Shown here: positions 58,200 through 64,000 of the stretch, piece after piece | Layout of the letters: each line of letters begins with the position of its first letter | Position numbering within the stretch: the first letter of the stretch is position 1 | NCBI GenBank assembly: GCA_965223545.1 | Contig: OZ245006.1 | Coordinates: 1,792,001-1,856,000, forward strand | Reading direction: 5' to 3' | DNA length: 64,000 nt | Origin: Planctomycetota bacterium | Lineage (GTDB): Bacteria > Planctomycetota > UBA1135 > UBA2386 | Made by a program: the position numbers and the translations under genes | The notes under the pieces: generated by a model | The model's database searches: none | What the model was told of the DNA's origin: nothing | The model's input: only the letters and a program-made list of their open reading frames with translations

Positions 58200-59821
58200 C
58201 AGGCGCCCTCCGGCAGGAAGTCGATGGTCAGCGTGAACTCGGTCTCGTCGGCGCGCCCGGTGTCGGTCTCGGCGACGACGCCGTTGGCCGGGATCAACGG
58301 GTGCTGGCGGAACGCGGTGTTGAACTCCTCGTACACCGCACCGACGTCGGCACCGCCGATCGCGCGCACCGCGCCCTTGACCTTGATCACCTGCTTGCGC
58401 TGCGCGTTGCGCTCGCGGCCACCCGCCATGCCGACCTCGATCGACGAGATCCACAGCTCGGGCGGCACCGTGTCCCGCACCGCGCGCATCGTGCGCAGCA
58501 AACCGTGCAACGGCAGCGCGCGCGCGGCGAGCGCGTCCGCGATCGCCTGGTCGACGCGGTTCTGCGCGATCAGCTCGTCGGCGTCCTCGTGGGTGCGCTC
58601 GATCCGCCGCCGGTCGCTGGAGACGCGCCGCTCGGCCTGCTCGGCGCTGGCGAGCTGCTCCTTGGCCTGCACGGCCCCGAACCCCAGCAGGGCGACGCCG
58701 ATCGCGCCGGCGGCGACGTTCCACGCCGTCCGCTGCAGGAAGCGCTGCCGCTTCTTGACCGACTCCGGCAGGATCTCGAGCGAGTAGACCGAGTCGTCGA
58801 GCCGCGTGATCGCCAGCCCCAGCGCCACCGCCGCCTCGCTGCGCAGCGCGGCGAGCTGCTCGGCGTCCTCCGCCGGCAGCTGGGAGAGATCGACCGCCTC
58901 GAACGGATCGAAGCGCTCGACCGGGCAGCGCAGCGCCTCGCGCAGCATGCCGCGGACGCCGCGCAAGTTGGCGCCGCCGCCGCTGATCAGCACGCGGTCG
59001 AGCCGCAGTCCCTCGACCTTGGTCTGCGACTGGCAGAACATCACCGAGCTCTGGATCGCCGAGACGAACATGCTGGCGGCGCCGCCGGCGGCGACGGTGA
59101 CCTTCTCCGCCTGGCCCGAGGCGTAGCGGCCGCGGCTGTCCGGATCGAGGTCGAGCAGATCGCGCTTGAGCTGATCCGCCTTGCGCGCGCTGACGTTGAA
59201 CGCCTTGCTGATCGCGTCATCCAGCACCTTGCAGCCGCCGGTCAGGTTGCGGGCGAACAGCAGCTCGTGGCCGCGCAGCAGGGCGACGTCGATGGTCTCG
59301 TTGCCGAGATTGGCCAAGCACACGACTTCGTCGGTGTCCTCGACCTGCGCGGTGCGCAAGTAGGCGTTGTAGAGGGCGACGCAGTTGGGCACGTGGCCGC
59401 TGACACTGCCCTGCGCATCGCGCACCACGTCGGCGACGCGGTCGAGCGCCTCGTCCCTGGCCAGCGCCAACAGGATGGTGTCCATCTCGACCTCCTCGCC
59501 GGTGACCGGCAGGAGGTTGTAGTCCGCCGACAGCGAGCCACCGGACTGGCTGGCGAGATCCTGGATCTCCAGCTCCATCAGGTTGCGCAGCTGCCAATCC
59601 GGCGACGGTGGCACCTGGGTGTAGCGCAGGGTCATGTCGCGGCCGGACAGCCCGAGCACGGCACCGCCGAGCGGAACGCCCAGCGAAGCCAGGCCGCGCG
59701 CGCCCTCGGCCGCGTCGACGGCACCGAATCGGGTCAGCGCGAGGCCACCCTTGCCGTCCTTGCAGGCCAGCACCTTCCACTGGTGCGAGCCGGGATCTAC
59801 CGAAACAGCTTTACCGGGCAT
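58199..59821 (-). CDS. pilM: PilM actin-like protein fused to PilN-like TM/periplasmic domain
   Basis: VSVDPGSHQWK, ISGGGANL, VALGLA, then EILPE-TM-coiled coil-PPELWISSI..IKVKG. Confidence 0.8.
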   Translation of the reverse strand: MPGKAVSVDPGSHQWKVLACKDGKGGLALTRFGAVDAAEGARGLASLGVPLGGAVLGLSGRDMTLRYTQVPPSPDWQLRNLMELEIQDLASQSGGSLSADYNLLPVTGEEVEMDTILLALARDEALDRVADVVRDAQGSVSGHVPNCVALYNAYLRTAQVEDTDEVVCLANLGNETIDVALLRGHELLFARNLTGGCKVLDDAISKAFNVSARKADQLKRDLLDLDPDSRGRYASGQAEKVTVAAGGAASMFVSAIQSSVMFCQSQTKVEGLRLDRVLISGGGANLRGVRGMLREALRCPVERFDPFEAVDLSQLPAEDAEQLAALRSEAAVALGLAITRLDDSVYSLEILPESVKKRQRFLQRTAWNVAAGAIGVALLGFGAVQAKEQLASAEQAERRVSSDRRRIERTHEDADELIAQNRVDQAIADALAARALPLHGLLRTMRAVRDTVPPELWISSIEVGMAGGRERNAQRKQVIKVKGAVRAIGGADVGAVYEEFNTAFRQHPLIPANGVVAETDTGRADETEFTLTIDFLPEGA

Positions 59822-59836
59822 GAGGGGACAGCGGGG

Positions 59837-61714
59837 TCATTGGCCGAGATGAGAGCGCACCAGGGCGAGCAGGCCGGCGTCGCCCGACTGGGACAGCACG
59901 GTGGCGAGGGTCTCGAGCTCGGCCCGGCGGCGCTCGCCGTCGGCCGCCGCGAACGCCTGCAACCGCGCTTCGACGCTCGCCAGCAGCGGCGGCACCGATT
60001 CGGGCAGGTTGTGAGCTCCGTAGCGGTCGACCAACCGGGTGAGTCCGCGCCGCACGCGACCGAACGCCCGCCGGCCATCGAAGAACTCGGCGTCATCCGC
60101 CTCGCTGGCCAGCGCGTCGGCCTCCTGCCGCGCCGCCAGCATCAGCTCGCCCCGCAGCCGCTCGGCCTCGCCGAGCACCTCGCGGTCGTGCGGCCACTGC
60201 GACGCCAGCTTCGTCAGCGCGTCGATCGCCCGCCCGGGGCTCCCCTCGGCGAGCCCGCGCGCCGCGCGCAGCGCTTCGCGGGCCACGGCGCGCTCCTGCT
60301 CGAACTCGACCGCGAAGCGCAGCTCGGTCGCGCCGACGAAGCGCACCGCGAAGCGGTCGGAACGCAGCTCGGTGCGGATCGCCGAGGCGCCGGGGCTGCG
60401 CACCAGCGCCCGGGTCGGGCCACTGCCGAGCAACAACGCGCTGCCGCCGGCGAGCTCGAGGTCACCGCTGCGCGCGGCGAAGGCCGCGCCATCCGCCGCC
60501 ACTCGCAGGCCGGCGGCGGCCTCGACCGCGAAGTCGAGCTCGACGCCGTCGATCCCCGAGACCGCCACCGAGAACCCCCCGTCGACGGCCGTGGCCGCGA
60601 GGGCTCCGCCGAGGTCGCTGATCAGCCGCGGCGCCGGCCCCTCCACTGCACCGATCGGCCGGGCGGCGTAGACCAAGACGTCGTTGCCGCTGCGCAGCGC
60701 GAGATCGGCGCCGGTGCACACCAGCTGGCAGGCGCCGGCGCGCAGCGCGCCGCCGTCGGCTTGGACGTCGACCAGCGCGACGTCGTCGAACCAGGCCGCG
60801 GCGTCCTCGCTCGGCAGCTCCGCCAAGAGCTCGACCTCGACGCGGTCCATGCCATCCGGCACCGGCACTTCGAGCGCGATCTCGGCAAAGGCCTCGCTGG
60901 TCGCCGGGGCCGCGCCCGCCCAGATCGGCTCGAACTCGTCGGTGGACGAAGTGAAGCGCAGTCGCAGCGCCGCGCGCGCGCCCCCCTCGGTGCGGGCGAA
61001 CGCGGTCGCCCGCACCCCCCGTCCCGACAAGACGTTGGCCGGCTCGGCGGTGCGCGCCAGCGCGAACCCGGCGCTGACCGGCGCGTCCTCGTCGGCCAAC
61101 AGGGCCGCGTACAGCGAGCCGGTGCCCGAATTGGCGACCCCGTCCAAATCGAAGGACGCGCCGGCGACGCGCAGATCCCAGCCCTCGCCGTCCTCGCACG
61201 AGGCCGCCGCCACCGGCAGCCGGTTGCCGGCGATCTCCAACACCGGCTGGGCGCGGCCGCCGCCTTCGGTGCGCGCCGCGTCGCCCTGCAGATAGAACCA
61301 TGCACCGGCCCCGGCCGCTGCCACGACCGCCGCCAGCAGCACACCCGCGCCGCCACGGCGGCGTCCCGCCCGCGCCGTGTCGAGCCGGTGCACTTGGAGC
61401 GCCGCCTCCGGCGAGGCCGCGCCCTCTTCCTTGAAGACCACTCTGACCCGACCGACCTGGAACGTGTCGAACGGGGTCAGCGCCACCTCGTCGATGCGAC
61501 GGCCGTCGAGCAGGGTGCCATTGGTCGACTTCAGGTCGCGCAGCACGTAGCGATCGCCCTCGAGCACGATCGTGGCGTGTTCGCCCGAGACCTTTTCGTC
61601 CGCGAGCCGCAGGGTGTTGGCCGGCTTGCGGCCGATCGTCAACGGCTCGGTGCCGAGGGGGACCGTCTCCCCCGCGCGATCCCCATCGAGGATCTCGAGG
61701 ACGTATTGAGTCAT
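59837..61714 (-). CDS. FHA-domain membrane protein with CBM-like extracytoplasmic domain
   Basis: IGR..VSGEHA..DLKSTNGT FHA motif; TM; NSGTGSL...WFDDVAL jelly-roll pattern. Confidence 0.8.
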   Translation of the reverse strand: MTQYVLEILDGDRAGETVPLGTEPLTIGRKPANTLRLADEKVSGEHATIVLEGDRYVLRDLKSTNGTLLDGRRIDEVALTPFDTFQVGRVRVVFKEEGAASPEAALQVHRLDTARAGRRRGGAGVLLAAVVAAAGAGAWFYLQGDAARTEGGGRAQPVLEIAGNRLPVAAASCEDGEGWDLRVAGASFDLDGVANSGTGSLYAALLADEDAPVSAGFALARTAEPANVLSGRGVRATAFARTEGGARAALRLRFTSSTDEFEPIWAGAAPATSEAFAEIALEVPVPDGMDRVEVELLAELPSEDAAAWFDDVALVDVQADGGALRAGACQLVCTGADLALRSGNDVLVYAARPIGAVEGPAPRLISDLGGALAATAVDGGFSVAVSGIDGVELDFAVEAAAGLRVAADGAAFAARSGDLELAGGSALLLGSGPTRALVRSPGASAIRTELRSDRFAVRFVGATELRFAVEFEQERAVAREALRAARGLAEGSPGRAIDALTKLASQWPHDREVLGEAERLRGELMLAARQEADALASEADDAEFFDGRRAFGRVRRGLTRLVDRYGAHNLPESVPPLLASVEARLQAFAAADGERRRAELETLATVLSQSGDAGLLALVRSHLGQ

Positions 61715-61980
61715 TGCTGTGCCGCTGCCCCGCCGTCGCGCGGCCGGGCTACTGTGCGATTTGGGTTGGGAAGAGGGGCAGCGCTCCGGACAGAGTCTCA
61801 CTCCGCCCTACCGCCGGTGCTCGCCGGAGTAACGACCACGTCACCGACGTCGCCGCGGTTGCCAGGCATCGACGCCGCCGTCGTCATCGCCCCTGGTTCC
61901 GGGGCCGGGAGGCGCATATTAAGGTAGGTGGCTGTGCTGGACGAGGCAAGCCAGCAGCCCCATCCAAAGACCCCGCTCGC

Positions 61981-62655
61981 ATGGCCCGCCGCTACCTCCT
62001 GCCGGATCTTCCGGCCGCCGGATCGGCCACGCTCGAGGGCGACGTCGGCCACCACGTCGGCGTCGTCATGCGCGCCCGCCCGGGGGCCGAGCTCGAGCTG
62101 TTCGACGGCCGCGGCCATTGCTGCCGGGCGGTCGTCCGGCACCGGGACGGCGCCCGGGTCCACGTCGATGTCGGCGCCCACCGGGCCGAGCACCGGGGTC
62201 CCGCGGTCGCCGTTGAGCTCGCGTTCGGTCTACCGAAAGGAAACCGGGCCGACTGGCTGTTCGAGCACGCCACCGAGGTCGGCGTCGCGGCCTTTCGCCC
62301 GCTCCTGACCGCCCGCACGGAAGCGCGCCCGAACCTCCGCGAACGCTGGCTGCGCATCGCGCGCGCCGCCACGGCGCAGTGCGACCGCTCGCACCTGCCG
62401 GTGCTGCACCCACCCGCCTCGCTGGCCGAGCTGCTGGCGCAGCCACTGCCGCCGGAGCGCTACGTCGCCACCGCCGGCGGCGCCCGCCTGCAGCCCGCGC
62501 ACGCGAGCGCGATCCTGGTCGTCGGGCCGCCCGGCGGCCTGGCCGACGACGAGCTGCGAAAGCTGGCGGCGGCCGGCTTCGATCCGCGCGGGCTGGGACC
62601 CTTGACGCTGCGCACCGAAACCGCGGCGCTGGCCGGAGCCTGCCGTCTGCTGTGA
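61981..62655 (+). CDS. rsmE: 16S rRNA m3U1498 methyltransferase
   Basis: HHVGVVMR, ATEVGV, QCDR, VGPPGG, LGPLTLRTETA. Confidence 0.9.
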   Translation: MARRYLLPDLPAAGSATLEGDVGHHVGVVMRARPGAELELFDGRGHCCRAVVRHRDGARVHVDVGAHRAEHRGPAVAVELAFGLPKGNRADWLFEHATEVGVAAFRPLLTARTEARPNLRERWLRIARAATAQCDRSHLPVLHPPASLAELLAQPLPPERYVATAGGARLQPAHASAILVVGPPGGLADDELRKLAAAGFDPRGLGPLTLRTETAALAGACRLL

Positions 62656-62677
62656 TCCTGGTGCGGACCCCGGGAGG

Positions 62678-63688
62678 TCAGACCAAATCGGTGTCGCCGA
62701 GCGAGTACCACCAGCCCTGCTCGAGCTGGTCGACGCTCAACCCCGGCTGGTGCAGCCGCAAGCCGATGCTGCGGTACATCGACGCCGAGGACGGCACCGT
62801 GGCGAAACCGCGCTGCCGCAGCTGCTCGGCCTCCCACGTCCACGGCGCCAGGATCGTCACCAGGTGAGATCGGTCGCGCATGCGCGCGCGGTTGGCGGCC
62901 GACGCCAGCAGCGCGTCGAGGACGGTGGCGTCCCCCTCGTGCACCATGAGCTCGGCGATGCAGCACGACCCGGGCAGCAGCTCGTGCCGCGGCCGGAGCG
63001 CCATGAAGCCGACCACCAAATGGTCGCGCCACGCCTCGTACAGGTCGTAGCGCCGCTCGGGACAGCGCGCGTAACGCCAGTTGAGGTGGGCGGCATCGCG
63101 CACCGCCGTGCAGCGCTTGTCGGCGAGGAACCGCGTGCTCAAGCCCTCCAGCTCGGAGCCGATGACGCTCACCTTCTTGATGCGGATCCCGTCGGGCGCC
63201 GCCAACTCCGCGTCGGCGAGATCGAGAGACAGGTACTCGATCGGCCGCCACTCGATGTAGTCGAGAAAGCGGATCGAGATGCGCTTGGCCTGCGGCACCG
63301 GCAGCCCCCAGTACACCCCATCGCCGAGCTCCTCCGTCCAGCGATCCAGCGCGGCGACCGCGGTGTGCACGAACAGACCGGGGCGCTTGAGACCGTGGCG
63401 GTAGTCGGGGTGGACGAAGCTGTCGACGATCTGGCTGAACACCGTCGGCCCCTGCGGCGTGACGACGCGCATCGGCAACGCGGCGTAGTGGCCGGCCACG
63501 GTGCCATCGGCGGCGACGGCGAGGTGGATCCGATGGCCGGCGGGGTTCTCCAGGTACTGCCAGCGCCACAGCGTCATGTCCCGCCGCTCGTAGCCGGCGC
63601 CGGACACCTCCTCGAAGACCGTGTTGAAGGAGGCCAGGATCCTGCCGTCGTCGCCTGGCTGGTAGGGCCGGATCGTGAGATCGCGCAT
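62678..63688 (-). CDS. Tandem GNAT-family N-acetyltransferase
   Basis: IRPYQPGD, WRWQYLENP, DSFVHPDYR, LNWRY..P, terminal GDTD. Confidence 0.8.
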   Translation of the reverse strand: MRDLTIRPYQPGDDGRILASFNTVFEEVSGAGYERRDMTLWRWQYLENPAGHRIHLAVAADGTVAGHYAALPMRVVTPQGPTVFSQIVDSFVHPDYRHGLKRPGLFVHTAVAALDRWTEELGDGVYWGLPVPQAKRISIRFLDYIEWRPIEYLSLDLADAELAAPDGIRIKKVSVIGSELEGLSTRFLADKRCTAVRDAAHLNWRYARCPERRYDLYEAWRDHLVVGFMALRPRHELLPGSCCIAELMVHEGDATVLDALLASAANRARMRDRSHLVTILAPWTWEAEQLRQRGFATVPSSASMYRSIGLRLHQPGLSVDQLEQGWWYSLGDTDLV

Positions 63689-63765
63689 GGGCGCAGCGAT
63701 GGTAGCGCGGCGTCGTCGGTTTTCGAGCTGGCAGGCCCACCTCCGCTACACTGGTGGCAGACCCG

Positions 63766-64000
63766 ATGCATCCCTCCAACCACTCGCTCGCCGCCGGCTT
63801 GGCAGCGCTCGCAGCGTGCCCCGCGGCGCCCGCGCAGGCCGACGCGCTGCAGTTCACCAACGGGTTCGTCTCGCAGCACGTCGAGGTGCCGTACGACCCA
63901 GGCCTCCTGCCGACGCGCGCGCTGACGATCGAGGCCTGGATCACGTACGACGACTCCACCGTGCCGCGCGGCCAGGGCGGACGCTGGCCGACGATCGCCC
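63766..64000 (+). CDS. Secreted LamG-like jelly-roll protein (runs off window)
   Basis: MHPSNHSLAAGLAAL..ALQF..VEVPYDPGL..ALTIEAWI. Confidence 0.65.
   Translation, partial: MHPSNHSLAAGLAALAACPAAPAQADALQFTNGFVSQHVEVPYDPGLLPTRALTIEAWITYDDSTVPRGQGGRWPTIA

Noticed and set aside
48221..61927. Very long antisense ORFs (48221..52855, 54761..57460, 58301..61927; also 302..2200, 21971..24346, 30550..32859, 36190..39555)
   Set aside because: Shadow frames opposite well-supported genes, expected in high-GC DNA; no motifs.
1..64000. CRISPR array, cas genes, rRNA, retron or reverse transcriptase
   Set aside because: No regularly spaced 25-45-bp repeats or recognisable motifs seen by eye; very degenerate arrays could have been missed.

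Overview
High-GC bacterial window, probably Planctomycetota (inferred from DUF1080, PQQ-propeller, Tat-exported Gfo/Idh/MocA and pseudopilin genes). The first ~20.8 kb is a decaying accessory/defence island. Two near-identical IS66 copies in inverted orientation (3342-5832, 18200-20690) have swapped 8-bp target duplications. The two halves of one small gene lie ~15 kb apart on opposite strands, so the 12.4-kb interval is inverted, either in vivo or in the assembly. The interval carries an AT-richer beta-helix + methyltransferase pair, IS630 and tyrosine-integrase relics, a second IS66 with intact TSD, an AbiEi/AbiEii + AEP-primase/SF2-helicase operon, an att-like scar and a broken DUF433/PIN TA pair. 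The rest looks like core chromosome: secreted glycoside-oxidation and envelope genes, a TMTC-like glycosyltransferase, an MFS transporter and tRNA-Glu. It also holds a ~19-kb co-oriented type IV filament cluster (FHA, PilM-N fusion, PilO-like, TPR, pseudopilins in order G-H-K-J-I with a ~1750-aa repeat-rich K, Zn-finger protein, PPIase, scpB), then rsmE, a GNAT and a partial LamG gene. All family calls are by-eye motif recognition; no searches were run.
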